A DNA stretch of 64,000 bases from Thalia democratica (lineage: Eukaryota): contig OZ241831.1 in NCBI GenBank assembly GCA_965202585.1, positions 46,996,001 through 47,060,000 on the forward strand, read 5' to 3'. The notes below the pieces were generated by a model that was given only the letters and a program-made list of their open reading frames with translations, had not been told where the DNA came from and ran no database searches. Numbering within the stretch: position 1 is the first letter of the stretch; every line of letters begins with the position of its first letter. Below are positions 26,312 through 38,772 of the stretch, piece by piece. The translations under genes and the position numbers were made by a program.

Positions 26312-29300
26312 GAAGTTGACTACCTGACCAAGAAAGAACTGCCCGCAGTCTTGAGCCTGGTGCAAGCTCAACTGAAGTCGTGTTTCACAAACGCTGTTGA
26401 GAAATCTGAAAAACCTCTGAAGCTGGTCTGTACGGCATCTTCTGCGTAAGTTATTTTGTAATTTGTGATTTCAAAATGGTAGTACAGTTGCACACTGTTG
26501 CAGTGTTAATAATTTTTGCTGCAAAGTATTTTATACTTGCAGATAGCTAAACTTGTTTTTCAATTTTCGACCTTCTTTGTAAACTGGTAAGGTTTCAGCT
26601 CTTAACAAACATTTTCTATACTAGCTATGCATCATTGGCATAGTGTGGTGTTTTGGTCAGGGGGTGCGCAATTTTTTTCCCAAAAAATCCCTTAAGCTAA
26701 AACTTCTGTAATTAGGTATAAAAAGATCTTTTTTATAAGTAATATAATTGAAATAGTTTCATTAAGTAAAATAAGTTCGAAGTAACTGTTTTAAAAAATA
26801 CTGAATTAACAAATTAAACAATTAAAAAAAAGTATAAATTTCATTAGAATTACTTATACTTGCACAAATGTAAACTTACTAAATAAAAATTGTTTTTACT
26901 ACTTACAGTAAAGTTTATATATTTAAAAATGAATATATTAATTAAAACAAAAGTATCTGTTTTATTTACAAAAAAAAAATCAATCTCTTTAATATACAAT
27001 ACAACAGTGATAACAACACCTCATTGCACATAGTTTGAATAAAGTTACACAGAAGTTAAAATAGACCAACTTTATAACTGTTATTACAATTTATCACAAC
27101 TTTGTAAATTAATTGAAAGTATACTTTTTAAATTTAATTCATCTTATTGTATTTGTTTAGAATAAAAATCACAAACAAAGTTTATTTCTCATAGGCCAAC
27201 ACGCTTTTTCTTGTATGTTTACAAAAATAAAGAGCAGAAAACTAGCAGTAGTCTTAACATTTATTGTAGCATAAAAAAAACTTGTAAAATTGTTTAATTA
27301 TTTTCCTTTAAGCGTGACTTTTTTTTTGTAAACTTTTTATAGAAAAATCAGTCATAAGGTTATACTACTGCGGTGCACTAACTAGTTGAGTTCTTTTTGA
27401 GTCTAAATTCTTATAAAGTTATAAAATTTTTCCTTATGGAGTTTTTCATCGACATCAGTGCGCACTTTTGCTTGCGCACCAAATCAGTATATTAGGTAAT
27501 TTCCCTAACTTGTCACTATTTGGTATTAAAAATTTCTTTTAACCTTTCGAATACTAGATAAACATAGTTGAAAAAATGCAAATTAAGCAGAAAAAATTAA
27601 CAATAAAGGATAAATATATTACATTCTTTTTTTTACTTATTTTCTTTTTTTTTTTTGGTGGCTGCATGCACCAGTGTCCCTTCCCAGGCTACGCCCCTGC
27701 TTTGCATGTAACGTAGTTTTTTTAAAGTTTTTTAAGCTTTTAAGTATTTTTTGTTTGTTTAAATATGAAGCATATTGTAACAAATTGTGATTAAAAAAAG
27801 CTAACAATTAGTTGGTGTGCTATATTTTATACAACAAATTATCAAAAAGAATAAATTTAAATTTGCATTTACAAGTTGAAATATTCCATAGTTTTGTTTA
27901 TATTATAATATTTTGTTTGTAATATTATTATATATCACGGTTGCACAAAAATCAGGCTACTCATGATAACTCAAGCTAGTTTTTAAATTTATGAAAAATT
28001 CTGGCCAATTCAGACTTATTGTTTTTATTGAAAAACTCAGGATAGTTTATATATTTTTGGTAAACTAGCCTGATAACAATTTTTTTTCTGTTAAATCTTT
28101 TTTTTGTTTTCATTAAGTTCTTTAGTTATTATACTTGTAGGTATTTAAGCTTGATTAAAAGAATTAATTTAAAGTTTGTGGCTCATATTAATAATTAAGT
28201 TTAATATCAACAAAATTATTTTTTAGTTTTGTAAATGTTTAGTATTTAAATAATTAATTTTCAAGTCATAATCCATATCATGAAATACATAATCTTTTTA
28301 CAAACAGTGGTTTTATGATCCGCTTTAAAGTTTCAATTCTTTTATTTCTATGGTAGACAATTCTAAACTTAATTGAATGTAAAGCTTGATTTATGTACTT
28401 ATTTTTCAATTGTTCCATAAACTGAGCCTAATTTCGTTACTCAGGCTAGCTGTTTTGCCTGAAGCAGGGGTAACTCTCATAAATATATTTGTAAACTTTA
28501 TAAAATTATAATAAAGGTAAAACTGAAATTTTGTAATGTAGATGTATGTTTTCTTTTCAAAAATACTTGAGTATTCACTATTTACTCTCAATTAAGTTTT
28601 TGTGCAACTTTTTAACTTTAGAACAATGTAATCAATGATAAATTAAAGTTTATGATTTTTTTAAAACAGTGCCACTTTAGGTAGAGTCAGAAATAATTTA
28701 TTATTTTTTTTTTAAAGATAACAGACTAATGAAAAAATCAAGTCAAAGAATACTAAAACAAGAATCACTATTGACAGCACAGAGTGTTTAACGGAACAAA
28801 ATATTATAAGAAGTGTTTAAAGATTATAGTTTTTAAAACTTAATATGTAGATTATTAATTTTTGATTTTTTTTCACTATAAGTCTTTCTAGTGTTCTTCT
28901 GCACTAAAGCGTCATATTTTTTGAAACCGCCGTTTTTATTTAGTTTAGTTTAAGAAAAAAAGATACTAAAGACTTGTGCTTTTAAAAAAATTCTTAAAAT
29001 CAGAATTCCAAAAAGAAGGTCTTAAGATCTAAAAAATATTAGATAAAACCTTTGGCAACTCTGTATGATCTCGTAATTAAGTTATTTAAAGTTTAAATAA
29101 TGTTTAGGTTTTAACTTGAATTGTTTTTACTAAATACTTAAACATGAAATAAATTTGTTGGTACATTGAAAATTATTAAGTTTTTTAAAAATTGTTTTAA
29201 CCTAACATTGTTAGAAATTATTTATATATACATTCATTTACTAATATATACTTAATTATCAGATAAATAGTCAACTTAAATATTTAAATGGTAATTAAGT

Positions 29301-32300
29301 CTAATGTAATAAATCAATAATAAAGCTGTTAAGTTGTCTAGAAAAAAAGAGTCTAAACTTTAATTTAATTTTTTAAAGAACTTACCTTTGCATCATGTCA
29401 AAAACCTTAATTCTAAAATGTTCTGAATTAAAACATTAAATATATATTTTAAAAAAATGTGGTATTAGTTTACTGCAATTTAGTATAGTTTCATGTTTTA
29501 CTCTTAATATTTACGAACAAAACCACAGTATAAAAACCAAACAGTGATTTTATATTTTACCACAGCATATTGAAAAATTTAAATATTAATGTTGTCAAAG
29601 TTTGAAATTTATACAATACTCTTTGAACAAACAGTATTGACAACTAATCTGCATTTTTCTTTATGTTTTATACTTAAAATTAAAAAAAGAATCGCAGTAT
29701 AAACACCGAGCAAGCGATGATAAAAAAAAACATATTAAAAATTGATATAATAGTATTTTCAAAGTTTACTAATTAATAGTTTGCAACAAAATGTGATTTT
29801 CTAATCTTCACGTTTCCAATAATATTGTCAAAGTATTAAATTTTATTATGATTTAAAACAAACAGTGGTATCGACAACATACATGGAAATTGCACCCTTC
29901 AGTTTGACACCGTGTGCAGTTTGGAAATTTTCATAAAAAATTCGAAATCGCAACCCATCATAAAAGCTTCGTTCAGGGGTGACAGACAATGGAAGTTACA
30001 GCAGGTTTGATTTTTTTGAGTACATTTTTGTTAGTTTTTATTATAGCGTATATTGGTATATAAGTAGACATCAAATTACCTTATTTTTAAAGCAGTGGAA
30101 ATTACAACAAGTTAGAATTTATAAAAACATATATATTTTCATTATTTTTTCTTTTAGAGTGAAGTATTTAAGTAGGCATCAAATTATAAGATTAAATTTA
30201 ATTTATAAAACAGAATTATTTAAAAGATTTAATGAAAACTATAATAGCTTCTGTTTATGATATAACATAATTTTAAATGACAAACCTTTTTTTTTTGAGT
30301 TTTATAAATGTTTAATTCCCTGATCAGATTATTGTGATGCTTTTATCTTCAAGTTTTACTAAAAACCCATGATATCAGTAAGATTAAGCAACTTATATTG
30401 TTTATGAAATGAGTCTAACTCAATTATTGTTATCATTTTTATAGCGTGGTGTACGATAAAGTTTTTTAATGGTCTTCCGAATTTCGAAATTTTTGTCAAA
30501 AGTTTATTTTGTTGAGCTTTGTTTTTGGTATATAATTTCGTAATCTTAGGTTTTTACTCTTTTTCAATATTTTAGTAGCCAAATTTATATAAAATAGAAT
30601 TACTTATATTTAAAACTTTACTAATAAAGTTAAATTTAAATTGTTGTACATGTATGTTTAAAAATTCATGATGTTGTAAGTAGCTATGATTTAGCTTTTT
30701 AAAAGTGAATTTTTATGTTTTATTTTAGAAGTTGAGATTATTTTATTAACAGTCAATTTTTTTTTTTATTTACCATAGTTTGTTTTTTAAGTCTTATTAG
30801 TAAATTAATGTCTTAACAATTGTTTCTATAAAAACTTAAAATGTTCCAATTCATTACTAACAACATCTTTTAATTAAATTTAAATCATTTATTTATTATT
30901 TATTTACAGCAAGTTCTGTGTGGTACTTACGATCTTTATTCAATGAAATAATTTTTTTCTCTTATATTAATATATTACAAATAGACCTACAAAAGTTTTG
31001 GTTTCATTAGTTATTATGTAAAGTAGCTTTTAAAAACTAGTCCAAGTTTTATCTGCATTTCTTAAAGTTCTTCACTAATTTTTAAAATTAGTATGCTTAT
31101 ATAAGTATTTTTTAAAGATTTGTTCATTATCATACTTCTATTAAAAATAAATGAAAAGGTATCTATAACAAAATCATACATATTATTAAAGTTTTTAATT
31201 TATACTGCGCTAAAACAGTAATTGGCAATTGAGAAGATATATAATTCAAACTTTCTAAATTGCTTATAATAAAAATTTGTTTTTATAGCCAAAGTTATTT
31301 GTTTAGTATATTTAGAATTATTTGAATAAAGGCTATATAATAGAATGCCAGTTTAGTTTTTATCATGAATTGTTTCGGTTTAGAGATTTCACAGCTGTAC
31401 TTTATTACAGCTTTTTAGGCTAGCTTTTTATAATTTATATCTTTTTAAACATTCTTCATTATAAAAGTTTGTAATCAAAATAGGCTTATTCATAAACGTT
31501 TAGTATTCAATAAAAATTCAAGTCTTATAAGCTTCAACAAACACAACTTTAACAGAGTATTATCAATAAATAATAAAGTTATTTAAGTCTTAAGTTAAGT
31601 TATTTTTTACCTAGTATATTAAAACTCTTGCAATACAAGTTATTTTGAAGCATTGTTGTTATACAAGTAATATTTAATGAGTAATATTTAAATAGTATGA
31701 GCATTGAATTGCTTAAAATATTGGTATTTACAAAAAAACTCGATCAGATTCAGGACGCGTACAACAGCCTGCGGGAAGCGAACAGAATTTTGAAGATTTT
31801 ACAAGAGAACGATCATCACTTGAGTTCAGTGGTTTATTACATTGAAGACGTTGTCAAAAACTTGCAGAAATTTCAGCAAAAAGTGAACGTTCCAAAGCTG
31901 CTGACTTTGAACAACCTCATTAACAGCCCGCTTGCAGTTAGTTGAGTGTAGTTTTTCATTTTATTGGGTATCCTTTTATACTGATGTACTTCTTTATGCT
32001 AGTTTTTGAAAGTAATTATCTTTCAAACCTTAAACCAGTCCGCTTGCAGTTAGATGTTTTAAATAAGTTTGATTTTTTTTATTGTTTTGTTTAAATTTTT
32101 AACAATGATGTACTTATATATCTAGGTTTTTGTACTGTTAATCCTTATTAATTTAAAAAAAAATTAATTACGTTCCTACACTTACCTAACTTGTATTGAG
32201 TTTTATAAATAGGCTTGTAAAATAAACTTAACAAAATATTTAGCTCTTTAAATATAATAAAAATATTTAAATAAAATTTACAGCATTAGTTTTCCAGTAA

Positions 32301-34417
32301 AAAGAGACTGCTAAGATTTAATAATTTTTTAATTTTTTTAATGTAGTAATTTATTGTTGTTTATGGTAATAGACAGGGTTGCCACAAAACCTGGAATCCT
32401 GGAAAAACTTGGAATTTGAGAAATTTAGAAAAAAAGCCTGAAATTTAAAACAAATTTTACATGTTTAGTAGTAAAATTTTCATTTGACACGAAAAAATCT
32501 AATATAGAGATAAAAAAAAATTGTCATGCTCAAAAACTTATGCTATTATAAGATAGATTCAAAGTAGTATTTTTTTAATGTTGTTATACTGTATAACTTA
32601 TTTTTTACCTTAAAATTAGTTTTAAAACAAAAATTGACCCAAAAACAAGTATGTATTTTTTAAACCAGATAGAAATTTTGAAAACCTAGAAAAACTTTGC
32701 CAAAAATCAATGACAACCCTTGTTATTCAAAATACTTGATTTCAAGATAAGTGATGCAATGTCTACCTAAAACATATTTTTAAATTATTCTAAAACATTT
32801 TAGAAGATGTTTGTACCACCATTACCGGGTGACACGTTGATAAACATGTGCGTTGTTGAGGACAAAATGGTCTTTTTCGTTTACACCGTCCAGCAAGCGA
32901 ACACCAGCGCCATGATGCAAAAGAAAAGCCACAATAAGAGCGCAAACAAGCATCAGAAAATGCTGTACTATCCTGTTGGAAGTGTAATGTTAGATTTTTG
33001 TAGCCAAATAAGAACATAATGACTAATATATTTAAATTTAATCTAATTTCAAGGATAATAATTAAGATTAATAATTGTTGTAATATATTGTTGAAGGTCT
33101 TATTTTGGATTTTATATGATTGAAATGTAAAAATATTAAGATATGTTTTGATACTAAAGTTGTTTGATTATTAAAATCACAATAAATAAGTTTGTTATCA
33201 TTTATTTTAAGCACTAGCATCCAATTTTTATTGAATAAATATATCTTTTTATTTTCTCCAGTGAATACGGTGGTACTCAGTATGAAGTATCAACAAGTAG
33301 AAAATGCGAGCTTCAAGTTGAAAACCTCACTAAATGTTTAGAAGTAACACGAGACACACAGATGATACTAAATTCGTACTTAGACAAGGTTAGCTTGAGT
33401 GTAAGAACGTGTTATCAAATGAAATTAAAATTTACTGGGAAACTTGTAATTGTTGTCAATAATTGTAAATTTTTAAAATTAAGTTTATAATTTCAGTATA
33501 CTAATTCATAGATAATAATTGACGTTATTAGGCTATTTGTTTTTATTTCAAACCAATTTATCACAATGCATTAAGTAATTTGCATTTAAAACTTTTTATA
33601 GTTTCTCAGTTATTTTATTTTTTCAAAAAGTTTATTAAGCTTAAAAAGAAATAAAACATATTCTGATAAAATTTAAAGCTTGTTTTAAGAAGTTTTTAAT
33701 TACTATATATAAAGGTTTTCAGGTAGGTAACAAGTATGCACGAAGGGTAACTTTTGCACGGGTTAAAACTTTTTACTATTTTTATTTTTTTATTTTTTAC
33801 TCTCACTGTTACCCCTTACCCTTATTCGGTAACTATTTTTTCTTCTTCTTTCTTTAACAATTTTATTTTCTCTATATTTATTTTCTATTTTTTTTAAGTA
33901 CCACTTTTACCCCTTACCCTTGGACGGTAGCTTTGTTTATTAATTTTTTTTTATTCGTTTTTGTCTTTTTTTTTCATCACTGTTTCCACTAACCATTACC
34001 CTTGGTCGGTAACTTTTTTTTACTTATTGTTTTTTCTTTTTTACTCTGGTGCAAAAGTTACCCTTCATGCATATTTGACCCATCCCCTATTTTTTCAAAA
34101 TAAATATTTTGAGTTAATCTGAATAAAATAAAATTTTTTTTTTTTGGTTTTAATTTATATTTCTAAAAAATGCTTTAACAATAAAATGTCTTAATACCAC
34201 TAAATTCTAATATTTTTCTTTCTATGTCCAGTAGTGATTTTTTTAAAATTATAGTTAAGTTTTAATCATTACTCATGTTTTGGGATTGGAGTTATTTTTT
34301 CTATTTACAAAAAGTTTCTTTATTTTTATAACTTAATTTTACGCGACAGAACGATCAATTCTTTAAAGACGATTAGTAAAATAATAATATTTTGTACAGG
34401 TCAGGAGATTCTTGTAA
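26312..34417 (+). CDS. ROGDI: Protein rogdi homologue (V-ATPase RAVE/Rabconnectin-associated, Rav2 family), spliced; 5' exon unresolved
   Basis: Exons 26312-26445, 29866-30004, 31748-31936, 32804-32988, 33262-33388 and 34400-34417 are all AG/GT with consistent phases (263 aa). Motifs FRGDRQWKLQQ|IQDAYN, VNVPKLLTL, KMFVPPLPGDTLIN, EYGGTQYEV and LDK|VRRFL* parallel human ROGDI FREDKQWKLQQIQDARN, RMFAPALPSDLLVN, EWGSQRLEV and LKDKISVF (from memory). Confidence 0.85.
26633..27699. mobile_element. Non-autonomous hAT-like element in a ROGDI intron
   Basis: Termini cattggcatagt / gctacgcccctg form an imperfect TIR. Flanked by 8-bp ctatgcat / ctttgcat (7/8 TSD). Confidence 0.6.
32374..32720 (+). mobile_element. 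MITE of the CAGGGTTGCCA family
   Basis: cagggttgccacaaaacctggaatcctggaaaa ... atgacaaccct. Homologous to 47970-48361 and 49649-49977. Confidence 0.75.
33722..34087. mobile_element. Non-autonomous element with TGCAC arms and accccttaccct tracts, in the last ROGDI intron
   Basis: atgcacgaagggtaacttttgcac mirrors gtgcaaaagttacccttcatgcat. Same family as 15845 and 62769. Confidence 0.7.
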
Positions 34418-34592
34418 AAAGGAAAAATTAAACAAACATGTGCAATATTCATTTTTATGTGTTTTATATTCACTTTTGTATGATAATTTTCTTGGATTGT
34501 TCTTTAGCTTATACACCTAAAATCATTGTTAAATTTTTAAATAATGTAGCCAGATATCTATTTTCAATTACACTCGGAAGCAATGTTGTTTG

Positions 34593-34598
34593 AATAAA
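34593..34598 (+). terminator. Candidate polyadenylation signal of ROGDI
   Basis: AATAAA ~175 nt after the TAA stop. Chance occurrence is likely in AT-rich DNA. Confidence 0.35.
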
Positions 34599-34947
34599 AT
34601 ATCAAGTTTTTGCTGTTTTTCTTATTTGTTTCTTTAAAAGTATTACATTGACTGATTGAAACTTCTAATTGTTTTAACAATAAACTGTGTTTTAATTAAA
34701 GCTTTTTATGAGTTAAAATACTTTAAAATAATGTTGTATATATAATTAATTTAAACGACAGCCTGCTGTATAAGTTTGCTTAAAAATACATTAATTCCAA
34801 CATTTTACTATTTTGATTTGGCATAGTTTTACACCTTAATTAGTTTTAAACTAAAAAAAGTTATGATGTTCAAGCTAAAAGTAATAGTTTATATGCTTAA
34901 ATATATTTTTTTGTATGACTTTAGAAGTAACTTACTTTTTATTTAGT

Positions 34948-35601
34948 TACAAAAAATAAATTAACGATGGTTTAAAAATCTACCAGTTTATTGCACGTTT
35001 TCTTCAAATTAATTTCGGACAACCGTCCTTCATCAGTGAAAATTTAAAACTAGTAGAACTAAACACATTCATGCAACAAAAAAATAAATAAAAGTTAAAA
35101 TATATATTATGACGTAGTAGTTCAAAACTGTGTATAAAACTAAAATTTTAAAAGCTAGGCGATTTTTACATTGTAATAGTATTTTTGTAAGTAAAAGTAA
35201 ATCCAAATGAAATGAATATAAAAACAAACACTTTACCAATATAAACTTTAAACTAAATTAAAACTATCTTAGTAAGGAACTGTTTGATGTTAGTTATTGT
35301 TAATAAATAGTTACTGCTATCGGCGAAATACAAATAAGAATAAAAACTTTTCCCAAACAATACTTAAAGTAATTATAAAAACTTTTATTAATAACAAGCT
35401 GTATCTTACAAACTTTTTATCTTAAAAGAGATAGTTTAATCCCTGAATAAAAATAACTATTTTGAAACGAAACTTAAATCTAAATAAGATAATAATACAA
35501 AAATTATATAAAGAATTAAATTAACTTGTTTCAGCAGCAAATTATTTTTTCTAATATATTGTTTTTTAAGGTAAACATTTTATCAAGTAAACAAACGGTT
35601 A
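34948..35601 (-). repeat. Inverted copy of the PLE 3' terminal region
   Basis: Reverse complement of 38773-39426. Equal length and identical at every segment checked. Confidence 0.95.
35001..35042 (-). ncRNA. Hammerhead ribozyme (type I, minimal), antisense copy
   Basis: Exact reverse complement of 35627-35668. Confidence 0.8.
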
Positions 35602-35626
35602 TGTGTTTAGTTCTACTAGTTTTAAA

Positions 35627-35668
35627 TTTTCACTGATGAAGGACGGTTGTCCGAAATTAATTTGAAGA
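35627..35668 (+). ncRNA. Hammerhead ribozyme (type I, minimal), 5' copy
   Basis: ttttca-CTGATGA-a-ggac(ggtt)gtcc-GAA-ATTAAT-T-tgaaga. Conserved core, 4-bp stem II, palindromic stem III, stem I ttttca/tgaaga. Predicted cleavage after 35662 (AUU). Confidence 0.85.
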
Positions 35669-35808
35669 AAACGTGCAATAAACTGGTAGATTTTTAAACC
35701 ATCGTTAATTTATTTTTTGTATTTACTGATGCAGGGGAAAAAAATCACCAATAAAAACAATTGACTTGTGTCCTGGACCGATTTGCGAATTATTTATAAA
35801 TCTTTAAG

Positions 35809-38682
35809 ATGATCCAGACTATAAATCTCCAGAAAAGACACATGTCAAAAGAAATTGCACATTATACTAAACTAAAAGAACTAAACACATTCTTGCAACG
35901 AACTCTTAAAACAAATTTAATTTTACAATCAAATTTCAAGAAAGGAATAGACAGAGACTTACTTCTAATTCAACAAAAAAGAAACTTAAAAACTAGACTA
36001 CAACAAATACAAATTGAAATCAAGAACTATGAAACACAAATCAGAAAAGAAAACAAACTACCAGAAGATACAGCAGGTAAACTAAGTTATGCACATTTAC
36101 AAAACAAACATAAGAAACACTATATTCAAAAATTTAATTTTTTATTTAACAAACAAAAAAGTCAAATCATTAGTCTCAATAGAAAAACTAAACAAAAAGC
36201 TAAAAACAAAAAAAGTTATGCAAGATATAAATACCGTAAAAGAATGAAGAAATTAACTTTAGATAAATGCATTTTAGAACAAGCAAACTCAACAGTTGTT
36301 AACAAATCGAACATTGTTTTAAACAATGATCATAAAGTTTTACTATCACATGGTTTAAATTTTGTACCTACCCCTAAGTGGAATAACAATCTGAAAGATA
36401 ATGAATGGTTAAGACTTATGAAACATATTAGAACGGTTGAGTGGCAAAATGTCTTCAACAATAATGATAACGAAACAACCTTAAAACATCAAATTAATTT
36501 ACCAACTAAATTAAAAATACAAAAGTACAATCGACCTTTGAATGTACAACTTGACGACAAAATTAAAACTTATTGTAATATGGCTAAAAGTAAACTAATA
36601 AATTTAGAAGAACAAGTAAACAAACAATATTTCAAACGAAATAATTTGAATCCAAAACTTAGAACTGCTTTATATGATTTAAATACAAAAGTTAAAAATA
36701 AAGAAATAGTGATTTGTAAATCAGACAAAGACGGAAAGTTAATTGTTTTAAACCATGATGATTACAAACTTATAATGAATCGCGAACTTAAAACGTTTGA
36801 AAAGATCGACACATTAAACTCAAATAACATTGAAAAACATTTTGAAAATATACGTAATAAAGTTAAAGATTTTATGATTAATTTACACAAACTCAATTGC
36901 ATAGATGAAAATATCCTAAAACACACAGTCGGAGTAACATTTAAGAACGGAATCTACACTAAAATCAAAGGTACACTAGCAAAAAATTTTCAATGTAATG
37001 ACCCAGCCTACGCCTATCCATTATTTAAAACTCATAAACTTGAAAGTTCTAAAATAAGCAAAACAAGAGTTCTTGACATACCCGTACGCCTAGTACAGTC
37101 TGCAGGTAAAATAACCACTACAAAAGTAACCACCTTTTTAGAATTAATTTTTAAACCGATTTCAAAAAAATTTTGTCAATATAATGTTAATGAATATTGC
37201 AAGGATAGTAAAACATATTTAGAAGAATTAGCTAACTGGAAAAATAATTTAAGCAACAAAAAAAATAAAGATGAAACTCTTTACTTAGTAGCTGCAGACG
37301 TGCAAGGTTTGTACCCTAACTTGTGTCGAGAACTAATTAAAGCAAGTATTTCAAATGCTCTCCAAAAGTGCACAAATTACACCAAAGAAATCAGAAAAAT
37401 CCTGATCGACCTCACAATTTTCTGTCTTGAAAATATTGTAGTAAAAAACGGCAATTCCTTCTACAAACAATCCAAAGGAATTATAACTGGTGACAACAAC
37501 TCAGTGTCAATTGCAAATATTGCACTGCACCACGTTATAATGCCTATTGCAACTACAATTAAAACTACAAAACTCTTCAAACGCTACATTGATGATATTG
37601 TCTTTTTGTCTGAGACATTAGATGTTACAGATAATGTTAAAAGACAATTGAAATGTGCGTTTGAAGAACACAATCTTAAGCTAGTTTTCAGACAAATATC
37701 TACAAAAAATGATGGTGACGAACTTGAGTTTTTGGATATTAATCATGTCATTGACAAGACAGAAATAAGCGGGTTTTATGTAAAAAACTACATAAAACTA
37801 ACAGCAAAAAATCGTGTATTTGTAAATGGAAAATCACACCATCCACGCTCCATTTACAAATCAATTATATTCGGTGAGTCAATAAGACTAAGAAGATTGT
37901 GCGAACGTGACAATGATTACTTAGAAGCAATAAAGTCTTTAAAAGATAAATGTTTAAAATCTTGCTTCTGTAAGGCTTTAGTTGAGGATATGATTAATAT
38001 CACAGTAGAATGGAAAGATCGGTTTGGACCTCCAATGAAGAAGGCAAGAGAAATTAACGATAATATAAGTGTTTGGACGACAAACTTTCCAAAACTATTA
38101 AAACTCACTGAGAAAGAAAGAGAACTAAACCCGAATGTTTTAGTGGCATATAAACGTCCACAAACAATTGCGGCACTATTAACAAACTATAAGATCCAAG
38201 CCTATGAAAATAGTGTAGCAATTGGTGGATCTCACCCTTGTGGAAAATGCTTATTGTGCAACCGAGGGGGAGTAGGCGGAATGGTGAAAAAAACTAACTT
38301 AATAAAATCAAAAAGTGGTAAAACAATTGAATTAAAAAAGAATTTGAATTGCAAAAATTTTGGAATTTATGCGGCAAAGTGCAATATCTGTGGTGAGCAC
38401 TATGTGGGACAGACAATTACGTCTTTTTCCCAAAGATGGTGCTCTCACAGACATAACTGGAAGAACATGACCACCAGCGAGACAAATGATCGAGCTGCAC
38501 TCAAACTTCACTACGCCAACAAGCATCCAACATCGAACAAAACCTTTGAAGAAGCATATTCAATCACTTTTACAGACTCAACAAGCAACCATACGAACTT
38601 AGATTATTTAGAGAGTAAATGGGTTAATTTATTACAAGCAAGTATAAACATAAACAAAACAATACTGCCTTTTTATAGATAA
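35809..38682 (+). CDS. PLE polyprotein: reverse transcriptase plus C-terminal GIY-YIG endonuclease (957 aa)
   Basis: Uninterrupted ORF. PLE N-terminal motifs LLSHGLNFVP and KSDKDG; RT motifs ADVQGLYP, GIITGDNNSVSIANI and RYIDD; Cys linker CGKCLLC; GIY-YIG GIYAAKCNICGEHYVGQT...RWCSH...HY...LESKW...IN. Confidence 0.95.
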   Translation: MIQTINLQKRHMSKEIAHYTKLKELNTFLQRTLKTNLILQSNFKKGIDRDLLLIQQKRNLKTRLQQIQIEIKNYETQIRKENKLPEDTAGKLSYAHLQNKHKKHYIQKFNFLFNKQKSQIISLNRKTKQKAKNKKSYARYKYRKRMKKLTLDKCILEQANSTVVNKSNIVLNNDHKVLLSHGLNFVPTPKWNNNLKDNEWLRLMKHIRTVEWQNVFNNNDNETTLKHQINLPTKLKIQKYNRPLNVQLDDKIKTYCNMAKSKLINLEEQVNKQYFKRNNLNPKLRTALYDLNTKVKNKEIVICKSDKDGKLIVLNHDDYKLIMNRELKTFEKIDTLNSNNIEKHFENIRNKVKDFMINLHKLNCIDENILKHTVGVTFKNGIYTKIKGTLAKNFQCNDPAYAYPLFKTHKLESSKISKTRVLDIPVRLVQSAGKITTTKVTTFLELIFKPISKKFCQYNVNEYCKDSKTYLEELANWKNNLSNKKNKDETLYLVAADVQGLYPNLCRELIKASISNALQKCTNYTKEIRKILIDLTIFCLENIVVKNGNSFYKQSKGIITGDNNSVSIANIALHHVIMPIATTIKTTKLFKRYIDDIVFLSETLDVTDNVKRQLKCAFEEHNLKLVFRQISTKNDGDELEFLDINHVIDKTEISGFYVKNYIKLTAKNRVFVNGKSHHPRSIYKSIIFGESIRLRRLCERDNDYLEAIKSLKDKCLKSCFCKALVEDMINITVEWKDRFGPPMKKAREINDNISVWTTNFPKLLKLTEKERELNPNVLVAYKRPQTIAALLTNYKIQAYENSVAIGGSHPCGKCLLCNRGGVGGMVKKTNLIKSKSGKTIELKKNLNCKNFGIYAAKCNICGEHYVGQTITSFSQRWCSHRHNWKNMTTSETNDRAALKLHYANKHPTSNKTFEEAYSITFTDSTSNHTNLDYLESKWVNLLQASININKTILPFYR

Positions 38683-38772
38683 TAGAAAACTTATAAAATC
38701 AATAATTTTACAGTAATCGGTTTTTAATAAGATAGTTTCACAAAGAATATTTTTTTGTTTCACAATAGTTTT

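Noticed and set aside
35726-35760. Second CTGATG motif in the pLTR as another hammerhead
   Set aside because: It reads ctgatgc rather than CTGANGA and has no stem II/GAAA arrangement.
37917-38526. Antisense ORFs inside the PLE ORF
   Set aside because: Short shadow frames of the RT/EN coding sequence.
35809-38682. Selenoprotein recoding in the PLE ORF
   Set aside because: No in-frame TGA; the ORF is continuous to TAA.
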